This document shows positions 10,275-19,972 of a stretch of DNA of 64,000 bases, in pieces. How positions within the stretch are numbered: the first letter of the stretch is position 1; each line of letters opens with the position of its first letter. Under the pieces are notes generated by a model that had not been told where the DNA came from, did not search any database, and saw only the letters and a list, made by a program, of their open reading frames with translations. The translations under genes were made by a program, and so were the position numbers. The DNA is from Marinilabiliales bacterium. GTDB lineage: Bacteria; Bacteroidota; Bacteroidia; Bacteroidales; PUMT01. The stretch lies in NCBI GenBank assembly GCA_007695015.1, contig REEN01000055.1, positions 13,788 through 77,787 of the forward strand, written 5' to 3'.

Positions 10275-11249
10275 CTATGGGTTGAACTGCATGCCGGGTC
10301 TTCCTTCACCGGCCGGCTTTTCTCTCCTCAGGTAAATAGTATCGCCCTGAGACGGTTCATCTCCCTCCTGCATGTGATTTCTCATCAGGAGCCGGTCCAG
10401 CCTGACCCCATATTTTTGTGATATTTTCCACATGGTCTCACCCGCCCCGGCAACATGTTTGTCATTTCCTCTTTCTGCCCTTCTGCGCTTTGGCTGAAGA
10501 TATAAAATATCACCCGGCTGTATGCGGTGGTCACGTGAAATATCGTTGTATCGTGAAAGCTCCCATCTCATCAGGTCCATTTCCCTGCTTATGCTTTCAT
10601 AGGTGTCACCCTCTTCTGCAATAATATAACGGATCCTGTTGCGCACTTCAATCCTGGATGCTGCAGTTGATTCATGAGTTTCCACACGCTGTGCCGCTTC
10701 CGGTTGCCTTCTTTCCCGTGTACGGCCGGTTCCCCTGTCAAGAAGGTACAGCTGGTTATCTTCAATAATCCTTATCAACAAGATGTCATACTGGGGGTTT
10801 GTGGCGTAGCCTGCCTGTCTTAGTCCTCTTGCCCATGCCTTATAATCATGAGGGTCGAGTTCGAACAGCCCCGCATATCTCGATCGTCCTGTAAGAAAAT
10901 CACTGTGGTCGCGGAAAGATTCTTCGGCATTCCTGTAGCGTCTGAAGCATTCATTGCGCTCATCGTCGTCATGGTAGATTCTTCTCCCGGTCCAGTCATG
11001 GCACTTAATCCCGAAATGGTTGTTGGCACGTCTGGCAAGGGTGCTTCTTCCATCGCCCGATTCAAGAATTGCCTGGGCCATCTTAATACTGGCGGGTATA
11101 CCTGTTCTTCTCATCTCCCTTATAGCAATGTCACTGTAGGTCTCAATATATTCAGCCCTGGAGTTTGGTGTTGCAGTTGGTAGGTGCCTCGGAGTGCCGC
11201 ATGCGGTGATCAGGATTAATAAAAGAACCGGATGCCGGAAACTCTTCAT
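10275..11249 (-). CDS. peptidoglycan hydrolase: N-acetylglucosaminidase domain plus two LysM domains (lipoprotein)
   Basis: Signal with lipobox LLLILITAC. Glucosaminidase motif IPASIKMAQAILESGDGRSTLARRANNHFGIK. Two LysM-like repeats: YIIAEEGDTYESISREMDL and HVAGAGETMWKISQKYGV. Confidence 0.85.
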   Translation of the reverse strand: MKSFRHPVLLLILITACGTPRHLPTATPNSRAEYIETYSDIAIREMRRTGIPASIKMAQAILESGDGRSTLARRANNHFGIKCHDWTGRRIYHDDDERNECFRRYRNAEESFRDHSDFLTGRSRYAGLFELDPHDYKAWARGLRQAGYATNPQYDILLIRIIEDNQLYLLDRGTGRTRERRQPEAAQRVETHESTAASRIEVRNRIRYIIAEEGDTYESISREMDLMRWELSRYNDISRDHRIQPGDILYLQPKRRRAERGNDKHVAGAGETMWKISQKYGVRLDRLLMRNHMQEGDEPSQGDTIYLRREKPAGEGRPGMQFNP

Positions 11250-11346
11250 AGATATTTGATTATAATTGATTTAAAATTATTAATTTTCCGGTTATAAGCC
11301 CAAATATAATATGTTTTTAACAGCTTAACAGGTAATAATATTGTAT

Positions 11347-11844
11347 ATGTGTGAATATACCATAAATATAACAGTATCGGAATATGAATCTGCAGATGAA
11401 CTTGCAGAAAAATTCAGGGAGCTTGTAATACGGGCACGGCAGATCGCACAATCTGCCTATATCCCATATTCCGGCTTCGGGGTTGGCGCTGCCCTTCTCC
11501 TGGAAGACGGTGCGATTATAACCGGGAACAACCAGGAGAACGCTGCATATCCATCAGGGAACTGCGCAGAGAGGATAGCACTCTATTATGCGAATTCCCA
11601 GTTTCCGGAGAAATCCGTAATTGCGCTGGCAATATCAGGGATTGATAAAAACGGAGAAAGGGTCGAACTTCCCATTTATCCCTGCGGAGCATGCCGTCAG
11701 GTAATGCTTGAGACAGAAACACGATTCGGAAACAAAATCAAACTCTTTTTTGACGGGAAGAGCAGGATACAATCGGTTGGGAGTGCCCGGGAGATTTTGC
11801 CATTAAGCTTTGACAAAAACGCCCTCTTTCCGGTCAGTCATTAA
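11347..11844 (+). CDS. cdd: cytidine deaminase
   Basis: Zinc-site motifs CAERIALY and PCGACRQVMLE, and PYSGFGVGAALLLEDG. I prefer the ATG at 11347; the track start at 11341 is TTG. Confidence 0.9.
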   Translation: MCEYTINITVSEYESADELAEKFRELVIRARQIAQSAYIPYSGFGVGAALLLEDGAIITGNNQENAAYPSGNCAERIALYYANSQFPEKSVIALAISGIDKNGERVELPIYPCGACRQVMLETETRFGNKIKLFFDGKSRIQSVGSAREILPLSFDKNALFPVSH

Positions 11845-11952
11845 TCTGACAGCTATCAGCAGATTCTCAACAGGCTTTCTGGCCAGTCATTTTTATTGTA
11901 CAGGTAAAACCAGGCTCCTGGTGAGACTGAATTCTGATTTTACAGGTAAAGG

Positions 11953-13548
11953 TTAGAATTCTGAAAGGATTTTTCTGAATGCACTGTTGGGTATCGTACC
12001 TTTATCATCCTCACTGTACTCTTTTTTGAGCCGGTTCAGAAAATACATGTCAACCTGGCCTTTGTTGCGAACATCTATCCTGCCCCTGTAGCTGCAATCA
12101 AAATAATTATGGATATAGCTGTATGTCGAGCCCGAAATATTTATCTGGTTTGGTTCACCGCTTGTTTCAATCCTGCTTGCAGTATTAACGGCGTCTCCCC
12201 AGATATCATAGGCCATTTTGTTATTACCTATAACTCCTGCTATTACCTCACCTGTGTGAATGCCCAGCCTTATTCTCCATTCAGGCTTGTTCTCCTTTTT
12301 CTGGTGTTTATTGGTCTCTTTTACAAATTTCAGCATCTCAAGTGATGCCAGAGCGGTGTCAATGGGATTACTGCGGTTCCTGAGGGGCAATCCTCCTGCA
12401 CACATATAGGAATCACCTATGGTTTTTATCTTTTCGATATAATGATCTTTTGATATTGCATCAAATTTCTCAAAGTACATGCTCAGCTCTTTTATAAGAT
12501 CGTGAATTGAGAGCTGGTCGGATATGCTTGAGAAGCCCACAAAGTCGGTAAACACTATAGATACCATCCTGTAATGCTTAGGTTTGGTATAGCCTTTTAC
12601 TTTTAACTGTTCCGCAATTTCGTAGGGGAAAATATTGATCAGAAGGTTGTCTGCAAGTTTCTTTTGCTCTTCTGCCAGTTTTTTTTGCAGGGTAATCTCT
12701 TTTTGCTGTTCCTCAAGCTTTTTGTTTATCTGTTCAAGGTTGACGGTAAGGTCTACCATATCCTGATTCAGCTCAAGCAGTCTCTCCTGTGCAGTCTTCA
12801 ATTTTGTCACATCTGTTTCAACCGCTATAAAGCTGGTTATTTCTCCATTGCCTTCAATTACAGGTGTTAGCGATGTCTGGATCCATTTTATTTCACCTGA
12901 TCCTGTCTTGTGCCTGTTCTCATAGACCTGCCATTTACGGTCTTTTTTGCATTTTTTAAATGCTTCTGAGAACTCAGCTGAAATTTTGGGCAGGTTTTTG
13001 CCGTGCCTGTTTCCAAACTCAGCAAGGCTGCATTCATATAACTTTTCGAAGGCCTTGTTAGCCCACTCAAGGTCGCCATTTGTATTTGTGATAAGCACCG
13101 AATTCTCAGATTTGTCAGCTACAAGCGATAGTTTTCGGAGTTCGGCGGACTGGTTAATGTTTTCACGGTAAAGATTGTTTCTCTTTATCAGAAACTTGAT
13201 TCTTAATATCAATTCGACCCGTTGAACGGGTTTTTTTATGAAGTCATCTGTACCGGCAATGATAGCTGACTGCACTTCCTTGGAGACAAACATGGTAGTC
13301 ATAAGTACGGGCGTACTTATAAGGAGAGGGTTATCCCTGATCATGTTGAGAAACGTGATGCCCTTGTCTTTAACATCTTCAAAATCCAGAATTATCAGAT
13401 CAGGAATCTCTGAAATATCCGGAACCTCATTATCTTTTCCGGATAATCTGCAATACACAGAAAATTCCTGTGTAAATGGTTCAATGGCTTTTCTTAAAAG
13501 GGACATTGATCTGTCGTCGTCACCCGCTATCAGAATCCTGTATCTCAT
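11953..13548 (-). CDS. response-regulator receiver - PAS - class III adenylate cyclase
   Basis: REC domain: AGDDD, phospho-acceptor context DLIILDFED, VLMTT, FIKKP. A PAS-like segment and a coiled coil (QQKEITLQKKLAEEQKKL) follow. Cyclase domain: VFTDFVGFS, KIKTIGDSYMCAGG, AYDIWGDAVNTASRIE. Confidence 0.85.
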   Translation of the reverse strand: MRYRILIAGDDDRSMSLLRKAIEPFTQEFSVYCRLSGKDNEVPDISEIPDLIILDFEDVKDKGITFLNMIRDNPLLISTPVLMTTMFVSKEVQSAIIAGTDDFIKKPVQRVELILRIKFLIKRNNLYRENINQSAELRKLSLVADKSENSVLITNTNGDLEWANKAFEKLYECSLAEFGNRHGKNLPKISAEFSEAFKKCKKDRKWQVYENRHKTGSGEIKWIQTSLTPVIEGNGEITSFIAVETDVTKLKTAQERLLELNQDMVDLTVNLEQINKKLEEQQKEITLQKKLAEEQKKLADNLLINIFPYEIAEQLKVKGYTKPKHYRMVSIVFTDFVGFSSISDQLSIHDLIKELSMYFEKFDAISKDHYIEKIKTIGDSYMCAGGLPLRNRSNPIDTALASLEMLKFVKETNKHQKKENKPEWRIRLGIHTGEVIAGVIGNNKMAYDIWGDAVNTASRIETSGEPNQINISGSTYSYIHNYFDCSYRGRIDVRNKGQVDMYFLNRLKKEYSEDDKGTIPNSAFRKILSEF

Positions 13549-13627
13549 GTTATCAGCTGTGACAATATTAATGAGTTAAATGCTGAACTGGTAATATGGC
13601 AGTTAAAAATAGTAATTTATTGCCTGA

Positions 13628-14362
13628 TCATTGGTTTCCGGCTCTTAATTTTTTAAGATAAATATCCCATAGTATGTGACCGGAGGGATCTGCCCTGATT
13701 ATTGTTTCCTGGCCGCTCACCGGGTGTTTAAACGAGATATCCCTCGAATGAAGGGCTATCCCCCCGTTTTCAAGTGACCTGGGATATCCGTACTTGAGAT
13801 CGCCCACAATTGGGCTTCCGATAGCAGACAACTGGCAGCGTATCTGGTGATGTCTGCCGGTAAGAAGATCAACTTCAAGCAGGTAGTAATTTCTGAATTT
13901 ATAAATTACACTGTAGTTCAGCTTTGCTTCTTTTGCTCCTTTGGTAGTTCTGCCGGTAATAAATGATTTGTTCTTTTCCCGGTCTTTTTTCAGAAAGTGT
14001 ACCAGTGAGCCTTTGTTTTCAGGTGGTTTGACTCCGGTAATTGCCCAATAAGTCTTTTTGACGTTTCCGGTTTTGAATAGATTATTCATCCTTGCAAGAG
14101 CCTTCCCTGTTTTTGCGAATAAAACAGCCCCGCTTACCGGTCTGTCAAGCCTGTGGATGACACCGAGAAACACGTTTCCCGGTTTGTTATATTTCTCCCT
14201 GACCCATATTTTCAGAGCTTCCTGAAGCGTCTGATCTCCCGTACTGTCGCCCTGTACGAGATCCGAGCATTTTTTGTTTACTGCAATCAGGTGATTGTCT
14301 TCATATATTACAAGAGGTTTCTGGCTAATGCCTGGCTGTATATCAGTATTGTTCTCGCTCAT
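13628..14362 (-). CDS. RluA-family RNA pseudouridine synthase
   Basis: Catalytic motif [16 protein letters not shown] and C-terminal [10 protein letters not shown]. 244 aa. Confidence 0.9.
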   Translation of the reverse strand: MSENNTDIQPGISQKPLVIYEDNHLIAVNKKCSDLVQGDSTGDQTLQEALKIWVREKYNKPGNVFLGVIHRLDRPVSGAVLFAKTGKALARMNNLFKTGNVKKTYWAITGVKPPENKGSLVHFLKKDREKNKSFITGRTTKGAKEAKLNYSVIYKFRNYYLLEVDLLTGRHHQIRCQLSAIGSPIVGDLKYGYPRSLENGGIALHSRDISFKHPVSGQETIIRADPSGHILWDIYLKKLRAGNQ

Positions 14363-15164
14363 TGGGGAAGCTCCTGTTTTTTACGTCTTCGGTGTAGCTC
14401 TGAACGGCTCCTTTAATTTCTTCATAAAGATTGTGATATCTTCTGAGGAACCTTGGTGAGAATTCCTGGATAATTCCAAGCATATCGTGGAGCACAAGAA
14501 CCTGTCCGTCAACATCAGCCCCGGCGCCTATGCCTATTACCGGGATCTTCAGTTCCGATGACACTTTAGCTGCCAGTATTGCCGGTATTTTTTCCAGTAC
14601 TATGGCAAAGCAGCCGGCCTCTTCCAGCAACCTTGCATCCTCAACAAGCTTCCCGGCTTCCTCTTCTTCAGTGGCCCTGACTACGTATGTCCCGAATTTG
14701 TGGATTGACTGAGGCATCAGACCGAGATGTCCCATTACCGGTATCCCGGCCGAAAGGATCCGTCTGACAGATTCTATGATCTCATGTCCTCCTTCCATTT
14801 TAACAGCGTGACCTCCGGTCTCTTTCATTATCCGGATTGCCGATGACATTGCTTCCCTGGAATTTCCCTGGTAAGTCCCGAACGGCATATCAACCACAAC
14901 AAGGGCCCTGTTTATGGCCCGTACAACAGATGTGGCATGGTATATCATATGTTCCAGTGTAATAGGAAGGGTTGATTCGTTACCTGCCATTACATTAGAA
15001 GCTGAATCCCCTACAAGGACAATATCGATCCCTGTTGCATCGATTATTCTGGCCATTGAGTAATCATAGGCGGTTATCATAGCTATCTTCTCTCCGTGCA
15101 GCTTCATCTCCTGCAGGACATGTGTGGTAACCTTCCTTGGCTTTGAGCTTTTGTATACCGACAT
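14343..15164 (-). CDS. panB: 3-methyl-2-oxobutanoate hydroxymethyltransferase
   Basis: [34 protein letters not shown] and GHLGLMPQS motifs. 273 aa. Confidence 0.95.
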   Translation of the reverse strand: MSVYKSSKPRKVTTHVLQEMKLHGEKIAMITAYDYSMARIIDATGIDIVLVGDSASNVMAGNESTLPITLEHMIYHATSVVRAINRALVVVDMPFGTYQGNSREAMSSAIRIMKETGGHAVKMEGGHEIIESVRRILSAGIPVMGHLGLMPQSIHKFGTYVVRATEEEEAGKLVEDARLLEEAGCFAIVLEKIPAILAAKVSSELKIPVIGIGAGADVDGQVLVLHDMLGIIQEFSPRFLRRYHNLYEEIKGAVQSYTEDVKNRSFPNEREQY

Positions 15165-15443
15165 CCTTTTTCAGCAATTGATTTGAAAACAAATATACAT
15201 GACAATTTTAAAATGACACACAGGCAGATGCAATTTTGCACGAGTTGAAAATTCCATAATAAACATTGTATTAAGTGAAAAACCGGTAACCTGATGTGTC
15301 ACTCTGCCTTTTTGTCACCCTGCCGGTGCTATTTATGATAAAATAACGGTGCCATTATTGCATAATGTTGCCATGACTCCCAATTGGCACAATGATTGAT
15401 TAATACTTTAACCAAAAATAATTCTATAAACTGAAATTATATT

Positions 15444-17360
15444 ATGGGTAAAATAATTGGAATAGATCTGGGTACAACAAACAGTTGCGTATCTGTTATG
15501 GAGGGTAACGAACCTGTTGTTATTCCCAACAGCGAGGGGAAAAGAACAACTCCCTCAATTGTTGCTTTTGTTGATAACGGTGAAAGAAAAGTTGGCGATC
15601 CGGCAAAGCGGCAGGCAATAACCAATCCTGAAAGGACAATTTCGTCCATCAAGCGTTTTATGGGCGAAACCTATGATAAACTTTCGCCTGAGATCGGTAG
15701 GGTTTCATTTAAGGTTGAAAAGGGTGATAACAACACTCCGCGTATTATTATAGGTGACCGTAAATATTCACCGCAGGAGATTTCAGCCATGGTGCTTCAA
15801 AAGATGAAGAAAACCGCTGAAGACTATCTGGGACAGGAAGTGACGGAGGCAGTGATTACCGTACCAGCCTATTTTAGTGACTCTCAACGACAGGCTACAA
15901 AGGAGGCAGGAGAAATCGCCGGTCTTAAAGTTAAAAGGATTATCAATGAACCGACTGCTGCTGCACTGGCTTACGGTCTTGACAAAAAATCCCAGGACCT
16001 GAAAATAGCTGTATATGACCTTGGCGGGGGTACTTTTGATATTTCTATCCTTGAACTGGGCGATGGCGTGTTTGAAGTCAAATCTACAAATGGTGACACA
16101 CATCTGGGTGGAGATGACTTTGACCAGGTTATTATTGACTGGCTGGCCGAGGAGTTTAAGAAAGATGAGGGGATTGATCTTAAGAGGGACCCCATGGCCC
16201 TCCAGAGGCTTAAGGAAGCAGCTGAGAAAGCCAAGATTGAGCTTTCCAGCTCAACAAGTACAGAGATCAACCTGCCTTATATAATGCCGGTCGACGGTAT
16301 TCCCAAACACATTGTAAAGACATTGACCAGGTCGCATTTCGAGAAACTCAGTGATAAGCTTATTCAGGCCACCATAGAGCCATGCAAGAAGGCGCTTAAA
16401 GACAGCGGATTAGCAGCCAATGAGATCAATGAAGTTATCCTTGTTGGAGGATCCACACGTATGCCTGCCATACAGAAAGTGGTTGAACAGTTTTTCGGGA
16501 AGACACCCTCCAAGGGGGTTAATCCTGATGAAGTAGTTGCAATAGGTGCTGCAATCCAGGGAGGTGTTTTAACTGGTGAAGTAAAGGACGTTCTTCTGCT
16601 CGATGTTACCCCCCTGTCTCTTGGAATTGAAACCATGGGCGGTGTAATGACCAGGCTTATTGAGTCGAATACCACAATACCGACCAAGAAAACTGAGACA
16701 TTTACAACGGCGGCCGACAATCAGCCTTCAGTTGAGATCCACGTTCTGCAGGGTGAAAGGCCGGTGGCCACCGGTAACAAAACTATCGGAAGGTTCCACC
16801 TTGATGGGATACCTCCTGCACCCAGGGGCGTACCGCAGGTTGAGGTTACGTTTGACATTGATGCAAACGGGATACTTAATGTTTCTGCAAGGGACAAGGG
16901 AACCAACAAACAGCAGAGTATAAGGATCGAGGCATCATCAGGACTGAATGAAGAGGAGATTAAGAGGATGCGCGAGGAAGCAAAAGCTCATGAAGAAGAA
17001 GATAAAAAGACCCGGGAAAAGGCTGACAAAATGAATGCCGCTGACAGCCTTATTTTCCAGACAGAAAAACAGCTCAAGGAGTTTGGTGATAAATTGCCCG
17101 CCGACAAAAAGGGTCCCATAGAGGATGCCCTTGGAAAACTTAAGGAGGCACACAAAAACCAGGATCTGGAAGCAATAGATAAGGCAACGGCCGAGCTCAA
17201 TACCGTATGGCAGGCAGCATCTGAAGAGATGTACAAAACCAGCCAGGCCCAGTCCGGACAGCAATCCCCTCAGGAGGGTGCCGCTGAAGATGATACCTCC
17301 AATCAGGGCCCTAAAGATGATGGCGATGTGACCGACGTTGATTTTGAGGAGGTTAAGTAG
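15444..17360 (+). CDS. dnaK: molecular chaperone DnaK (Hsp70)
   Basis: [24 protein letters not shown] and [11 protein letters not shown] signatures. 638 aa. Confidence 0.98.
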   Translation: MGKIIGIDLGTTNSCVSVMEGNEPVVIPNSEGKRTTPSIVAFVDNGERKVGDPAKRQAITNPERTISSIKRFMGETYDKLSPEIGRVSFKVEKGDNNTPRIIIGDRKYSPQEISAMVLQKMKKTAEDYLGQEVTEAVITVPAYFSDSQRQATKEAGEIAGLKVKRIINEPTAAALAYGLDKKSQDLKIAVYDLGGGTFDISILELGDGVFEVKSTNGDTHLGGDDFDQVIIDWLAEEFKKDEGIDLKRDPMALQRLKEAAEKAKIELSSSTSTEINLPYIMPVDGIPKHIVKTLTRSHFEKLSDKLIQATIEPCKKALKDSGLAANEINEVILVGGSTRMPAIQKVVEQFFGKTPSKGVNPDEVVAIGAAIQGGVLTGEVKDVLLLDVTPLSLGIETMGGVMTRLIESNTTIPTKKTETFTTAADNQPSVEIHVLQGERPVATGNKTIGRFHLDGIPPAPRGVPQVEVTFDIDANGILNVSARDKGTNKQQSIRIEASSGLNEEEIKRMREEAKAHEEEDKKTREKADKMNAADSLIFQTEKQLKEFGDKLPADKKGPIEDALGKLKEAHKNQDLEAIDKATAELNTVWQAASEEMYKTSQAQSGQQSPQEGAAEDDTSNQGPKDDGDVTDVDFEEVK

Positions 17361-17381
17361 TTTTTTCATTAATATAAAAGG

Positions 17382-17412
17382 TGCTGTCTTTTCTAAGGCA
17401 GCATTTTTTTTG
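17382..17412 (+). terminator. Rho-independent terminator after dnaK
   Basis: 9-bp stem TGCTGTCTT / AAGGCAGCA (one G:U pair), loop TTCT, then a run of 9 T (17404-17412). Confidence 0.8.
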
Positions 17413-17525
17413 CGGTAGATATACTTTCAGACCCGCATCCGCACGTTATTTTTGTCAGAGATTGATAACGTATCGGGTAATATTAACACTCCGGCGGACA
17501 TAAATGCCGGAATAACCAGATTTAT

Positions 17526-18338
17526 ATGGATAACAAAACCAGGATATTATTTTCAGCTTTTTTGTTCTTCATCCTGTTTGCCGGTCCGGCAGGTGCCAGT
17601 CAAACAGATACAGTAAACTATACAGACAGTGACGGATACAGGCAGGGATACTGGGAGCAGAGGTACAGCAATAATAATTTGCGTTACACAGGTTGGTTCG
17701 TGGATGACAGGCCTTCTGGTGAATTTACCAGGTACTTTCCCACAGGGAATGTAATGGCGGTAATGAATTTTTGTGAAGACGGTGTACGTGCTGAAGCAGA
17801 GCTGTATTATGATAATGGAAATCTTGCTGCCAGGGGATTGTATGTCAATGAAAAAAAAGACAGTGTCTGGAAGTATTTCTCATATTACGAAAAGCACCTT
17901 GCATCGGTTGAAACCTACAATCATGGGGTAAAAGAAGGATTATCAGCTGTATATCTTCCCAACGGAAACATTTCAGAATCCTTTAAATTCAGTAATGATA
18001 AGAGGAACGGGCCATGGATACAGTATTACAGCAACGGGAATGTTAAGTCACGCTCTGAATTTGCTGACGATATGAGGCACGGTGATTTTGTGCTTTATTC
18101 GCCTGGTGGCAGGAAAGAGATAGCCGGCAGCTATAAAAGGAACAGGATGCATGGTGAGTGGATATTTTATAATGAAAGGGGAGAGGTAATTTCCTCTGTT
18201 ATCTATGTAAATGGGGTTGCCGAGAATGAAGGCGAAATGATAGAAGCATTACAGGAGGAGTTCAAACAGATAGAGGAGATGCGGGGCAAAATTCCCGAGC
18301 CTGACGAATCGGATCTGTTTAATCCCGGCAGGCGTTGA
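17526..18338 (+). CDS. secreted MORN-variant repeat protein (YwqK-like family)
   Basis: Signal peptide ILFSAFLFFILFAGPAGA. Repeated G-x-W-x-x-Y-x-x-G units, e.g. GYWEQRYSNNNL, GPWIQYYSNGNV, HGEWIFYNERGEV. Confidence 0.7.
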   Translation: MDNKTRILFSAFLFFILFAGPAGASQTDTVNYTDSDGYRQGYWEQRYSNNNLRYTGWFVDDRPSGEFTRYFPTGNVMAVMNFCEDGVRAEAELYYDNGNLAARGLYVNEKKDSVWKYFSYYEKHLASVETYNHGVKEGLSAVYLPNGNISESFKFSNDKRNGPWIQYYSNGNVKSRSEFADDMRHGDFVLYSPGGRKEIAGSYKRNRMHGEWIFYNERGEVISSVIYVNGVAENEGEMIEALQEEFKQIEEMRGKIPEPDESDLFNPGRR

Positions 18339-18385
18339 TGTGTTAAATGCTTATTTTTAGGGGACATATTAAATCATACGGTGTT

Positions 18386-18562
18386 ATGGATAACAGTGAT
18401 CTTATAATTAAAATTCTCAGGGAAAACGGAGCGATGCGTCCGGGTGAAATTGCCGGCAAGGCTGGCCTGGATAAAAAGGATGTTGATAATTCAATAAAGA
18501 AACTAAAGGCAGAGGAGAAGATCTTCTCTCCGAAAAGGTGTTTCTATGATGTAAGGGGCTGA
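18386..18562 (+). CDS. small winged-helix DNA-binding protein
   Basis: MDNSDLIIKILRENGAMRPGEIAGKAGLDKKDVDNSIKKLKAEEKIFSPKRCFY looks like a single wHTH unit. An ATG at 18347 is an alternative start. The 3' end overlaps the convergent helicase gene by 19 bp. Confidence 0.55.
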   Translation: MDNSDLIIKILRENGAMRPGEIAGKAGLDKKDVDNSIKKLKAEEKIFSPKRCFYDVRG

Positions 18563-19809
18563 GAGCCTGGTTTCTTATTTTTGTTGTACTTCTTTTTGCC
18601 CTGGTTTTTACCTTTTTTGGTTTTCCGGTCAGATGAATGATATGATGAAGCTTTGAATGAGTATTCAGGACCTTTTCCTATATGCGGGGGAAGAGGTATT
18701 TTATGTATATCCGTTCCGATCAGCCTTTCTATATTCCTGAAGCTCCTAACCTCTTTCCCGTTAATGAATGTCAGGGCCACACCTGTCTGTTCCGCCCTTG
18801 CGGTACGCCCTACACGGTGAACATAATCCTCAGCGTCTGCCGGTACATCGTAGTTAATGATAAGATCTATACTGTCAATATCAATACCGCGGGAAACAAT
18901 ATCGGTTGCAACAAGTATCTGGAATTTCCTGTTTTTAAAGTCATTGAGGACTGAAATGCGTTCGTGTTGTTCAAGATCTGAATGAATGGACCCGCAGGTG
19001 AGACCGTCTTTCTTTAGTTGCTTGTAAAGGGATTTTACATTTTTTTTGGTCGCTGAAAATATGAGTATGCTTTTCAATTCAGGTTTGTCATGAAGCAGGT
19101 CCATAATGAGTGCCTGCTTTTGTTCGTCATGAACCAGGTAGGCTCCCTGCAGAACACCTTCGGCAGGTTTTGCAAGAGATATGTTTACCTCCAAAGGATC
19201 GGTAAGAATCTTTTTTGCCAGTTGTCTTATCTTCGGAGGCATTGTGGCAGAGAACATAAGTGTCTGCCTTTTCTGGGGAAGAGCACCTATGATCTTGACG
19301 ATGTCTTCATAGAATCCCATGTCGAGCATCCTGTCAGCCTCGTCCAGCACGAGGGTCCTGAGGCTTTCGGCCCTGAGATACTCAAGGTTTATTAAAGAAA
19401 TCAGCCGGCCTGGGGTGGCAATGATCATATTCACTCCCTCTGCAACGGCTGATTTTTGCCGCTCCCATGAGTCCCCGTCACCTCCTCCGTAAACTGCCAC
19501 TGAGCTAACCGGCACAAAATATGAAAAACCCTGGAGCTGCTGATCGATCTGTATTGCCAGTTCCCTTGTCGGAACAATAACAAGTAGCTTAATGCCATCG
19601 AAATCATTATTTTCAACTAATTTTTGCAGTACAGGAAGAAGGAAAGCGGCGGTTTTCCCGGTCCCTGTCTGTGCGCAGGCTATAAGGTCCCTCCCCTGAA
19701 GTATTACAGGAATTGTTTGTGTCTGAACCGGTGTTGGCTTAATAAAGCCCATTGAATCAATGCTCTCCTCTATCAATGAGTGAAATCCGAAATCTTTAAA
19801 GCTGTGCAT
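18544..19809 (-). CDS. DEAD-box ATP-dependent RNA helicase with basic C-terminal tail
   Basis: Q-motif region, AQTGTGKTAAF (motif I), VLDEADRMLDMGF (DEAD), SAT, HRVGRTARA. Lys-rich tail. Confidence 0.92.
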   Translation of the reverse strand: MHSFKDFGFHSLIEESIDSMGFIKPTPVQTQTIPVILQGRDLIACAQTGTGKTAAFLLPVLQKLVENNDFDGIKLLVIVPTRELAIQIDQQLQGFSYFVPVSSVAVYGGGDGDSWERQKSAVAEGVNMIIATPGRLISLINLEYLRAESLRTLVLDEADRMLDMGFYEDIVKIIGALPQKRQTLMFSATMPPKIRQLAKKILTDPLEVNISLAKPAEGVLQGAYLVHDEQKQALIMDLLHDKPELKSILIFSATKKNVKSLYKQLKKDGLTCGSIHSDLEQHERISVLNDFKNRKFQILVATDIVSRGIDIDSIDLIINYDVPADAEDYVHRVGRTARAEQTGVALTFINGKEVRSFRNIERLIGTDIHKIPLPPHIGKGPEYSFKASSYHSSDRKTKKGKNQGKKKYNKNKKPGSQPLTS

Positions 19810-19972
19810 GCTATAATAGTTTATCCTGGTCTTTGGCTTTTCCAGACCTGCAAAGATACAAACATATTTTGTTGGATTCTCCTTATGCCGGCTTATCCGA
19901 GGCTACCTGCACAGGGGCTTCTGGTGAGACTATCTTGATCATGTATATGTTGCAAGGCTGGCCATAAAGATT

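Noticed and set aside
15165-15443. CIRCE (HrcA operator) or a sigma-32-type promoter upstream of dnaK.
   Set aside because: No TTAGCACTC-N9-GAGTGCTAA-like inverted repeat is present. A TTGAAA at 15245-15250 is not followed by a CCCCAT-like -10 element at the right spacing.
16938-17369. A 143-aa minus-strand ORF and several others antisense to dnaK. Similar long shadow ORFs occur at 32947-33438, 44766-45221, 51522-51983 and 23131-23577.
   Set aside because: Each lies inside a gene whose frame is fixed by strong family motifs. These are typical antisense or alternate-frame shadows.
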